Positions 19,799-27,622 of a stretch of 64,000 nt of DNA are shown in pieces. The notes beneath the pieces are model-generated. The model had not been told where the DNA came from, did not search any database, and saw nothing but the letters and a program-made list of their open reading frames with translations. The stretch covers positions 96,001 to 160,000 of the IMG/VR virus record IMGVR_UViG_3300047494_000112. One strand, 5' to 3'. Both the position numbers and the translations under genes were made by a program. Within the stretch, counting starts at the first letter, position 1. The number at the start of each line of letters is the position of its first letter. This DNA is from a virus.

Positions 19799-20009
19799 CG
19801 CTATTTCGGCTACAACATTGGTTGCTGACAATGAGTTAGATTTGTTAAAAACAGCTCAGATTCATGCTTACAATTCTGGTAAAGCTGTTTACATTGCAAG
19901 AACTCTTGACAAAAAATTTTGTATAACTAATCTAATTCCGCATTGTGCAGCTTGGCGTAAAGATAAATTGGAATGGATTCGGACTGTGTTACCAACCGAA
20001 AAAACATGA
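19791..20009 (+). CDS. Hypothetical protein
   Basis: Overlaps nrdB stop; coupled to next gene. Confidence 0.55.
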   Translation: MTNAISATTLVADNELDLLKTAQIHAYNSGKAVYIARTLDKKFCITNLIPHCAAWRKDKLEWIRTVLPTEKT

Positions 20010-20368
20010 AAAGAATCTTAGTCTGTGGTGGTAGAAAATATTCAAACGTAACACGAGTTTATGAGGTGTTAGACAAACTACAAGATAAGCATGGAAATTT
20101 AATTGTTGGTCATGGTTGGGCTACGGGTGCAGATACATTGGCAATGGAATGGGCTAAAAGCAGAGAGCAGATTTGCTTTTGTTTCCCTGCCCAATGGAAA
20201 ACATTTAAACGTTCGGCTGGATTTAAACGTAACGCTGAAATGTTAAAATTATTTGAACCTAATGTTGTAGTTGCTTTTCCAGGAGGAAATGGTACAGCTA
20301 ATATGGTTCAAATAGCTGAAAAAGCAAACGTTAGAATAATAAAACTTGAGGAGAAAAACAGTGACTAA
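20006..20368 (+). CDS. SLOG-family (DUF2493/YspA-like) protein
   Basis: ILVCGGR, HGWATGAD, AGFKRNAEML, AFPGGNGTANM. Confidence 0.8.
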   Translation: MKRILVCGGRKYSNVTRVYEVLDKLQDKHGNLIVGHGWATGADTLAMEWAKSREQICFCFPAQWKTFKRSAGFKRNAEMLKLFEPNVVVAFPGGNGTANMVQIAEKANVRIIKLEEKNSD

Positions 20369-21101
20369 CAAAACAATGGCTGATTATGTAAAAGAAGCTT
20401 GGGCTGACCCAAACAGCACAATTGCTTGGAACCCAAAAGCAGGTAGTGATACGTTTGTAGAAAATACTTGTGTTATGGCTGGAAAATGGCCGGTAGGATG
20501 GATTGATTGGACTAGTTTGACGAGAACTGAGATGCAGAGTCAAGCTATTAGGCATAATAATAAAGTACGGCAGATGGCTATGGTGCCAGTCGTCTCAACT
20601 GAACAACCTAAGACATGGGAAAACCAGCCATGGGTTGGAATTGATATGGCCAAGCAAGCTGAGATCAACTGTGCTATAGATAAAAGCTCTGAACAAACCT
20701 ACAATCTAGGTAATGAACTGCGTGAAACCTATCAACAATGGGTAGTTAGAATTGATAAAATCAACCAGGAAAAGAAAAGATATCAGCCAGTATCTAATCA
20801 TCAGCTAGAACAAATTAATAATGAGTTAGAGCAAACAAAGCTAGAATTACAGAGTGCTAAAGCAGAAATTGCTGTACTAAAACAAGTCAATAAATATAAC
20901 GAAATGACAAAGAATGATATTATGAATATGCTTGATATTCAAAAACTTCCAGGTAATGCTAGTGCAAACGAGTACATGAGAGGATTGGCAAATGGTTTAA
21001 TACTTGCCCTTAATTCTTTTAGAAGAAACTCAGGTAAACCTGAATTAGAATTAGTTCTTTATCCTTATGAAGATAAGGCCTTAACGCGCAAGCGTTTTTG
21101 A
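20361..21101 (+). CDS. Hypothetical coiled-coil protein
   Basis: GAGGAG SD then GTG at 20361; heptad-rich C-terminal half. Confidence 0.6.
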   Translation: MTNKTMADYVKEAWADPNSTIAWNPKAGSDTFVENTCVMAGKWPVGWIDWTSLTRTEMQSQAIRHNNKVRQMAMVPVVSTEQPKTWENQPWVGIDMAKQAEINCAIDKSSEQTYNLGNELRETYQQWVVRIDKINQEKKRYQPVSNHQLEQINNELEQTKLELQSAKAEIAVLKQVNKYNEMTKNDIMNMLDIQKLPGNASANEYMRGLANGLILALNSFRRNSGKPELELVLYPYEDKALTRKRF

Positions 21102-21107
21102 TGCTTC

Positions 21108-22097
21108 ATGATTCCTGATTCCAGTAATTTCATACTTTCAAATCAAAAAGAAGAGATATCTAGAGAGATTCATACCCCTACTCTACTCTCTATCTTAGAT
21201 GACCTGTTATATGCAGCGTTTTCTCCGTTGTACAAGGAAACAACTTTTTTTCGTAGGTTGCTAATGCAGGTTTTGTTATACGCCACAGAAGATAATAGGC
21301 GCAAAATTTCTCTTCTTGAAAAGGAAAAAATCAATGCGTGGTTACTCAAAGCGGTTTACGACAACCGCTTTGATTTCTATACTAGTGCAAAAATTGATCG
21401 TGGAATATATGTTGATTTAATTGATCAATGTGTTCATTTGTTAGAACCAATTGAAGACATTGAAATTGGAATACTAGGAAAAAACAGATTATCTTTTCTT
21501 GAACAGCGTAGACAATTGGCTCTATTTTTTGGAGTAAACCAAGATAGATTATATTCATTATATCAATGGACTTCTAGCTATTTGAAATTATACCTTCAAT
21601 TTAAGGAACGTATAGCTTCTAGGTATTATAAATTAGCTTACCACGAAGCTAACAGAGTATATCACTCTGAAACTAAAAGAATAGATACAGCTGATCTATG
21701 CAAGAATCTGGTCTTGTCTACATGGCGAGCGATAGACAAGTGTGATGCTAGTCAAGGCACCCTAACAGGCTTCATTCAACGCTCATTTCTCAACGCAAAA
21801 ACTTACCCTGAACATGGTCATTTATACGGTACAGCCTATGACGTTCCGATGTCAGCACGTCACTTGCTTTCAAAATCTGGTAAAGTAGCTGAGAATCAAT
21901 CAGTCTCGTTTGATTTACCTGAGATACAAGACAAAATAGAAAAAGTTGATGCAGAAGAAATTAATTATAGCACTGTAGACAAAAATTTGCTAACATTTTT
22001 ACGATCAGTTCCAGGTTTAGAAATTGGTCTATTGATGTTAGGCATACCTATATATCTAACACAAAAAGAGCTTGAACGTTTAAAAGGAATAAGCTAA
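21108..22097 (+). CDS. Divergent sigma-factor-like protein
   Basis: YKLAYHEANR..DTADLCKNLVLSTWRAIDKCDASQGTLTGFIQRSF resembles sigma70 region 2. Confidence 0.55.
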   Translation: MIPDSSNFILSNQKEEISREIHTPTLLSILDDLLYAAFSPLYKETTFFRRLLMQVLLYATEDNRRKISLLEKEKINAWLLKAVYDNRFDFYTSAKIDRGIYVDLIDQCVHLLEPIEDIEIGILGKNRLSFLEQRRQLALFFGVNQDRLYSLYQWTSSYLKLYLQFKERIASRYYKLAYHEANRVYHSETKRIDTADLCKNLVLSTWRAIDKCDASQGTLTGFIQRSFLNAKTYPEHGHLYGTAYDVPMSARHLLSKSGKVAENQSVSFDLPEIQDKIEKVDAEEINYSTVDKNLLTFLRSVPGLEIGLLMLGIPIYLTQKELERLKGIS

Positions 22098-22372
22098 TGG
22101 AAGCTAATCAAGACATTTGTAATATAAATGAAACCGCTGAACCTATGGACATAAAGTGGAAGGTAGTTTGTGGCAACACGAATAACACATTGGATAATGT
22201 TGCACAAAGTAAGTTAAACGTTACTTTGTCATTTCAACCATCAGAACCTATTGTCTTAACTTTTACTGAGGACGATTCTCCTAGAACGCTTGAAATACTC
22301 AGGCAATGGTACATGTTTTTAGGAGCTGAAGCTGATAACGACATTTCTCTAAACACGTTGAGGTACAAGTGA
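22097..22372 (+). CDS. Hypothetical protein
   Basis: Coupled ORF; C-terminus SLNTLRYK resembles that of the next ORF (TLNLLRYKD). Confidence 0.55.
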   Translation: MEANQDICNINETAEPMDIKWKVVCGNTNNTLDNVAQSKLNVTLSFQPSEPIVLTFTEDDSPRTLEILRQWYMFLGAEADNDISLNTLRYK

Positions 22373-22767
22373 AGACTGATCACATTTTCTACAAAGACTT
22401 ATCTAAATATGTTAGGCTGCTCTGGTCTCTAGTACAGCATCGCGATTTGCTTCTTGAATTTGGCTGTAAAGCCGGAGACTCTGGCAGCCTTTGGCTGCAT
22501 GAATTAGGATATAAAAATCCTGAGTATTCAACGGAATGTATTCAGCATGAAATAAAGCTAACCATTCAAGAAATGCTTGTAAATCAAAATTCAGGTATTC
22601 ATCAGCATTTTGTCAATGTTTGGATAGAAAACGGCAGCTTGCGGGTAAAGATACAATTGCAAATGTATGTTGGATCCACCATACTAGACTTTGGAATTAA
22701 TGTAGCCCCTTATGAGGTAAAGCCTAAGACTGATCTAACACTAAACCTTTTAAGGTACAAAGATTAA
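22369..22767 (+). CDS. Hypothetical protein
   Basis: Coupled ORF. Confidence 0.55.
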   Translation: MKTDHIFYKDLSKYVRLLWSLVQHRDLLLEFGCKAGDSGSLWLHELGYKNPEYSTECIQHEIKLTIQEMLVNQNSGIHQHFVNVWIENGSLRVKIQLQMYVGSTILDFGINVAPYEVKPKTDLTLNLLRYKD

Positions 22768-22804
22768 ATTGGTAAAATACTAACGTAACATAGGAGTAGA
22801 ATAC

Positions 22805-23989
22805 ATGACCGGAGGTTGGTCAAGCGCTAAACCAAAAACACGCAGCAATAACATTCGACTCAGCGAAGAGATCGACATGTATGAGTTTCCCAAAAAGAAA
22901 TGGGTAAAAGTAAGAATGTTTGGTCCCATAACAAGCTATTCTCAGCTGTGGTTTGAGATCATTTCTTCTAAGCAAAAAAAGAAGGTCAAAATTCCTAAAA
23001 TTTGCCTTGACTATAATTCTCTAACTGAAGAATTTGAAGAAAAGGGATGTCCATTTCGCAAACTTGGCGGACAAATGACTCAGAACTATATCATTAATTT
23101 TATTGTTAGAGATATTCAGGAGGATGGTCCAACTAAGAATGGCTTAAAATATACAGATTTTGAGAAAAAGAAGCGTGATGTATTAGGTGAAAAATGGCGT
23201 GTTAAGGAAAAAGGATCCAAAACTTGGACTCCTGTTAGAGCAAAAGAATGGTCAGCTACAATGGCTGAAAAATTTCAGTCTCTAAAGACTCTAAATGTTG
23301 TCAAAAACAAAGATGGTGTCAAAAAAGAGTATGATATTACTCATCCAAAATTTGGTCGAGATATTTTGCTTAAATGGGATCCTGATAGCAAAAGTCCAAT
23401 AAAATGGGAAATTCAGCTTGAAGAGCGTACGCCTTTGACAGAAGAAGAATTGGAATACTGTATTCAGCCCTTGACAGGTCTTGAGTCTATTAAACCAATG
23501 GAATTATCAGCAGCAAAAGCTGAGGCGAAGGGTCTTGCTGGTATGCTGGTTGATAAAGACTCACGTAAAGATATTGATGATGACGATGACGAAGCTAAGC
23601 CAAAGAAAAAGAAGCGTGTTGAAGATGACGATGACGATGACGATGAGCCAGTAGTCAAGAAGAAAAAACGTCCTGTAGACGAAGAAGAAGATGATGACGA
23701 TGACTCAGATGATGACTCCGAAGAAGATGATGACGATGACTCCGATGATGATGACGATGACTCAGATGATGACTCCGAAGAAGAAGATGATGACGATGAG
23801 GATGAGCCACCAAAAAAAGTAAGCAAGAATAAACTAGGTACCAAAGCAAAATCTAAGCATCGTGACGATGACGATGATGATGACGATGAGCCAGTAGTCA
23901 AGAAATCTTCAAAAAATAAGATTAAGGACAAAAAGAAGAAAAAGAAACCAGTTGATGACGATGAATTTGATGATGACGATGAATTTTGA
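22805..23989 (+). CDS. Single-stranded DNA-binding protein (T4 gp32-like) with very long acidic/basic tail
   Basis: KVRMFGP..CPF..NYIINFIVRD..ITHPKFGRDI core; D/E/K low-complexity tail ending DDDDEF; directly upstream of recA. Confidence 0.65.
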   Translation: MTGGWSSAKPKTRSNNIRLSEEIDMYEFPKKKWVKVRMFGPITSYSQLWFEIISSKQKKKVKIPKICLDYNSLTEEFEEKGCPFRKLGGQMTQNYIINFIVRDIQEDGPTKNGLKYTDFEKKKRDVLGEKWRVKEKGSKTWTPVRAKEWSATMAEKFQSLKTLNVVKNKDGVKKEYDITHPKFGRDILLKWDPDSKSPIKWEIQLEERTPLTEEELEYCIQPLTGLESIKPMELSAAKAEAKGLAGMLVDKDSRKDIDDDDDEAKPKKKKRVEDDDDDDDEPVVKKKKRPVDEEEDDDDDSDDDSEEDDDDDSDDDDDDSDDDSEEEDDDDEDEPPKKVSKNKLGTKAKSKHRDDDDDDDDEPVVKKSSKNKIKDKKKKKKPVDDDEFDDDDEF

Positions 23990-23996
23990 TTAAAAC

Positions 23997-24028
23997 AAGG
24001 GCGGCTGTAATAGGTCGCCCTTTTCATT
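23997..24028 (+). terminator. Rho-independent terminator
   Basis: AAGGGCGGC / GTCGCCCTT stem followed by T-rich run. Confidence 0.7.
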
Positions 24029-24037
24029 TGAGGTAAT

Positions 24038-25510
24038 GTGTTTATGCCTAAAGTAAAAGAAAAGATTAAAAAGAAAAAAGTTGCAAAAACAAAGCAAGTG
24101 GAAGAAAAAGCAAAACCTAGTTTAAAAGGCATCTATAGCCAACTACTAGATGAAATTGAAAAAGAGTACAGCCTTAGCTCTTCTGATCTTCATCGACATA
24201 GAATTTCATCAGGCTTAATATGCTCTGACTTGGTTATTGGTGGAGGTTTATGTGCGGGATGGTGTAGTGTTTCTGGGCAAGAAGCTAGCGGTAAATCTAC
24301 ACTGACTGCCCACGCCATGAAAGAGGCGTTGAAATATGACCTGTTTATTAGAGAAATGCTTGATCCCGAAGGTACAGTTGAGAGCGTTTACACGGGGAAT
24401 ATTTTCAATGTCAAAAGCCTAACTGAAGTATTCGGTGAAAAGAATAACAAAGGTGAATGGATAGGAGAACCTGGAGATATTCGTTATTCCGATGTCAATG
24501 TGATGGACGATATTTTTAACTCGCTTATTAAGACAACAAAAAGCTTACCTGACAAAATGTACCGAAAAGAAAATGACTCTTGGTATTTTGTCTTGGACCC
24601 GAACGATAAGAGAACAGCCCTTTTCCGCGAGTCCTTGGGTGAACCTGATGCCAGTCTTAAAAGAAAGACTGGTAGATTATGGTACCTTACTGATAATCCT
24701 TGGCCTCAAGCTTTTATTACTTTGGATAGTTTGCCTGCTTTGATCACCGAAAAATCGGAAGAAAAAGATGATAATGATAAAGGCTTAGCGCATCAAGCTA
24801 GAGCCTTTTCAGAATTTCTTCCTAGGCTAGTAGGTAAATTGAGGCGTAAAAACATTGTCATTATGGCTGTAAATCAGCTTCGTGAGAAACCAATGGTAAT
24901 GTTCGGTTCTCCCTTTTATGAGCCAGGTGGAAACGCTTTAAAGTTTTATGCCTCCAATCGAAATCAAATGTTTCCTAGAGTAATACCCCCCTCTTGGCGT
25001 ACTAGTGGTGGTACAAACAATATTGCAATTGAAAAATCCTTAGTTGGTGATAGCTTTGATGAATACCAGTGGAAGGAATTCCTCAACTCTAAGAATAAGT
25101 GGAGCACACCATACAGAAAATGCTCAATGAGAGTGTGGATAAAGGACGGTCAAACCTCTGAAGGTAGGGGATTTGATTTGGCTTTTGATACTTGGATGGG
25201 TTATCAATACTCTAGCTTAGCTACCCAAATTAACAAGAGCATAGATAAAAAGACCACAAAAGTGCTTCAATTTAGAAAGGATTTGCCTAAAGGCCTTGAA
25301 AGTTTAGCCGGTAAGGAAATTCCTTGGCGTGACATGAAAGCTTTGGTTTACGGTAAAGAGTTCAAGCAACGCGAATACAAAGATTTGGGTGAAAAAACAG
25401 CAACAAAGCTAAAAATTGATCCTAAATTAGACGTTCGTGTAAAGCTAGCAAAGTTGGTGAACACTGGAAAAGTTAGCTATTCACCCGTTAAAGATATCAA
25501 AGACGATTAA
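24038..25510 (+). CDS. recA: RecA/UvsX-like recombinase
   Basis: Walker A GQEASGKST, ITLDS, VNQLREKPMVMFGSPFYEPGGNALKFYAS. Confidence 0.88.
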   Translation: MFMPKVKEKIKKKKVAKTKQVEEKAKPSLKGIYSQLLDEIEKEYSLSSSDLHRHRISSGLICSDLVIGGGLCAGWCSVSGQEASGKSTLTAHAMKEALKYDLFIREMLDPEGTVESVYTGNIFNVKSLTEVFGEKNNKGEWIGEPGDIRYSDVNVMDDIFNSLIKTTKSLPDKMYRKENDSWYFVLDPNDKRTALFRESLGEPDASLKRKTGRLWYLTDNPWPQAFITLDSLPALITEKSEEKDDNDKGLAHQARAFSEFLPRLVGKLRRKNIVIMAVNQLREKPMVMFGSPFYEPGGNALKFYASNRNQMFPRVIPPSWRTSGGTNNIAIEKSLVGDSFDEYQWKEFLNSKNKWSTPYRKCSMRVWIKDGQTSEGRGFDLAFDTWMGYQYSSLATQINKSIDKKTTKVLQFRKDLPKGLESLAGKEIPWRDMKALVYGKEFKQREYKDLGEKTATKLKIDPKLDVRVKLAKLVNTGKVSYSPVKDIKDD

Positions 25511-25524
25511 GCAAGCTTCCAGGT

Positions 25525-25635
25525 GACCGACTCTCCCAGGATAGGTGAAGCGTCCTATTCTTTATCATGGCATTGCTCCATTAGTACGAGAAACCTGGCT
25601 AGGCATGGTCTCGTATTTGGCAAACTCTGGCGGTC
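25525..25635 (+). ncRNA. Candidate multi-hairpin leader RNA upstream of the queD operon
   Basis: Closing helix GACCG/CGGTC encloses hairpins GGATAGG/CCTATTC, ATGG/CCAT and AGTACGAGA/TCTCGTATT; no ORF. Confidence 0.3.
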
Positions 25636-25682
25636 TATAAAAAGAAACGGAGAAAGCGTGTCAACGCATTTTGGAGATAAGC

Positions 25683-25886
25683 ATGAAGAAAATTCCTATT
25701 AAAGCTGCAAAAGAAATTGCAGAAAAATATGGATATGATCAGGTAATAGTGTATGCTAGAAAAACAGGAGATATAAAGCCTCATGGCGAGCATATTACCA
25801 CCTATGGTAAAAATAAAGATCACTGCAATGCAGCTGCTCAGATTGGCAATTTTTTAAAGTATAAGATAATAGGATGGACAAAATGA
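25683..25886 (+). CDS. Hypothetical protein
   Basis: GGAG SD, ATG at 25683, ATGA-coupled to queD. Confidence 0.65.
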   Translation: MKKIPIKAAKEIAEKYGYDQVIVYARKTGDIKPHGEHITTYGKNKDHCNAAAQIGNFLKYKIIGWTK

Positions 25887-26470
25887 CTACTCATCTAATC
25901 GAACAAGTCTTCACAAGAAGAATAGCCATTGCTCATAGACTGATTTCAGATCCTTTGTCACCTTGCTATAGCATTCACGGACACAATGTCTATATCAAAT
26001 GGCACGCAGCCTATCATGCTACAATGTCTTTTACGTTGGATTTTGAAGCTAATATGCTAGCACCTTTTGCAAAGGTAAAAGGAACCATTCATAAATGGAT
26101 GGATAATTATTTAGACCATTCTTTATTCATATCGAATAAAGATAGTCACTTGCCTTTGTATTTAGAAGACAAGATGAAGATGGCAGTATTTCACGGCGAT
26201 CCTACAATGGAAATGGTGGCGGCTTCTCTGTATGCCAAAATCAATGCCTTTTTGTCTGATAGCTTTGAGTTGAAACTCTACTGTCCAATGGTTGAGATAG
26301 AAGAAACTCCAACAAACACAGTAATTGTACGCAGCTCTTTCAATTTACCTAAGAGTTGTCAGCATTGGTGGAATCGAGCTGACATGACAACAAACGATAA
26401 TCTTGCGGTCGCAATTGCAATCAATAATGCAGAGCAAGTTGTAGCAGATGCAGCAGCCCACAGACCATAA
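25883..26470 (+). CDS. queD: 6-carboxy-tetrahydropterin synthase (canonical QueD)
   Basis: IAHRL..CYSIHGHN..LDHS..DPTMEMVA..VEIEETPTN. Confidence 0.8.
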   Translation: MTTHLIEQVFTRRIAIAHRLISDPLSPCYSIHGHNVYIKWHAAYHATMSFTLDFEANMLAPFAKVKGTIHKWMDNYLDHSLFISNKDSHLPLYLEDKMKMAVFHGDPTMEMVAASLYAKINAFLSDSFELKLYCPMVEIEETPTNTVIVRSSFNLPKSCQHWWNRADMTTNDNLAVAIAINNAEQVVADAAAHRP

Positions 26471-26620
26471 TTCTCTGTCTCAGAGCACAGCGTATGATAG
26501 ATATCTTGTGGGTACTGTCATTTGATCTGTACAATTCCTATGGTAATCCGAAATACTACCGTAGATAGCCTGTTCAATGCAAAGGATTGAGTAGCTATCA
26601 AGGTATTTTGACACCGTTTT

Positions 26621-26670
26621 GTAGTAACAGATAGTATGACGTAGTAAAACGTAGTAACTTGTAGTCATTT
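26621..26670. repeat. Five (G/A)TAGT(A/C) motifs in exact 10-bp register
   Basis: GTAGTAACAG ATAGTATGAC GTAGTAAAAC GTAGTAACTT GTAGTCATTT. Confidence 0.7.
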
Positions 26671-26727
26671 ACAGCACATGGACATCATGTCATAATTGGG
26701 ACACGTTCACCATGCGCGGATTTCAGC
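26668..26727 (+). promoter_or_regulatory. Sigma70-type promoter with 34-bp leader repeat (copy 1)
   Basis: TTTACA-17 bp-CATAAT with extended TG; 26694..26727 AATTGGGACACGTTCACCATGCGCGGATTTCAGC is identical to 50644..50677. Confidence 0.7.
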
Positions 26728-26759
26728 GCGTATTGCGGGGCGTGAAAATGAGGTGTTGT

Positions 26760-26942
26760 ATGTCAAGTGAGAACAGTGTCTCTGACCAAATCAAAAAGCT
26801 GCAAGAAAGCGTAGACTATTTGACGGATACCATTGCGTTTATGGCTGAACAGATTAATCGAGTACAAGTAGGCGTTGCGGACATAAAGGTACATTTACGT
26901 GTAGATGAAAATGATCCTGATGACGATGATGACGACGAATGA
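26760..26942 (+). CDS. Small hypothetical protein with acidic tail
   Basis: GAGGTG SD, ATG at 26760; ends DPDDDDDDE. Confidence 0.6.
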   Translation: MSSENSVSDQIKKLQESVDYLTDTIAFMAEQINRVQVGVADIKVHLRVDENDPDDDDDDE

Positions 26943-27012
26943 TCTGGTAAAGTGTTTGCGTTCAAGAATTTCGTGACCGCGTGAGCAGCACGAGATAAAG
27001 GGCTAAACCAAA

Positions 27013-27543
27013 ATGGAGCATAGCATGTCGGACAAATACTCGCCTATCCCAATCAAACCAGGAGAGATGAAAATGGAAACTTTTGTTCACCAGTATGAAG
27101 AGCCAAAGCGCAAACCTGTAAAGAAGCTCAAGAATATTCGGGCAATTGTTCAACAAGCTCTTACGGCATGGAAGCTCCAAGATCACTTGGTATGTCCTGA
27201 TATGCCTTATAGGGAAATTGAGGAAGCTGGAGGAACGGTTACTGTCAACGGTCCCTATCTGAATTACGTCAAGAAACACTCTAAAGCAGGCGACTTTGCA
27301 GCTTCGGGGTACGTTACTGGGCGGTACAGCAAAGGTAGCTGCGCTGTAAATTATAAAGCCTCTGCTGACATTGAGGGGTCTTATGTCGTCGATGAAAACA
27401 ACGTTTGCAAGTTGACTATCGACAATATCACATGGAATGGGCCTGACGAAGATGCTGATGAAGATGATGACGATTCCGACGAAGATGCTGATGAAGATGA
27501 TGACGATTCCGACGAAGATTCGGATGAGGACGATGATGACTAG
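27013..27543 (+). CDS. Hypothetical protein with acidic tail
   Basis: Tail encoded by a 33-bp tandem repeat (27445..27510 plus a degenerate third copy). Confidence 0.7.
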   Translation: MEHSMSDKYSPIPIKPGEMKMETFVHQYEEPKRKPVKKLKNIRAIVQQALTAWKLQDHLVCPDMPYREIEEAGGTVTVNGPYLNYVKKHSKAGDFAASGYVTGRYSKGSCAVNYKASADIEGSYVVDENNVCKLTIDNITWNGPDEDADEDDDDSDEDADEDDDDSDEDSDEDDDD

Positions 27544-27589
27544 TTCCCGTGAAAAAGGCGAGTCAATCGATAGTTGAATAGCTAGACAT

Positions 27590-27615
27590 TGTAGGGAGGC
27601 AATTGCCTCCCTACA
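27590..27615. terminator. Perfect 26-bp palindrome (terminator or operator)
   Basis: TGTAGGGAGGCAATTGCCTCCCTACA. Confidence 0.5.
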
Positions 27616-27622
27616 CCTTATT

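Noticed and set aside
25615-25650. preQ1-I riboswitch before queD (CTATAAAAAG tail)
   Set aside because: The required 5-bp P1 partner (AGACC) about 12 nt upstream is absent; only the A-rich tail resembles the consensus.
26712-26752. SAM-II-like GCGCGGATTT...TTGC sequence
   Set aside because: It lacks the downstream GCTAAA pseudoknot segment, and the second copy at 50.66 kb diverges right after the shared part.
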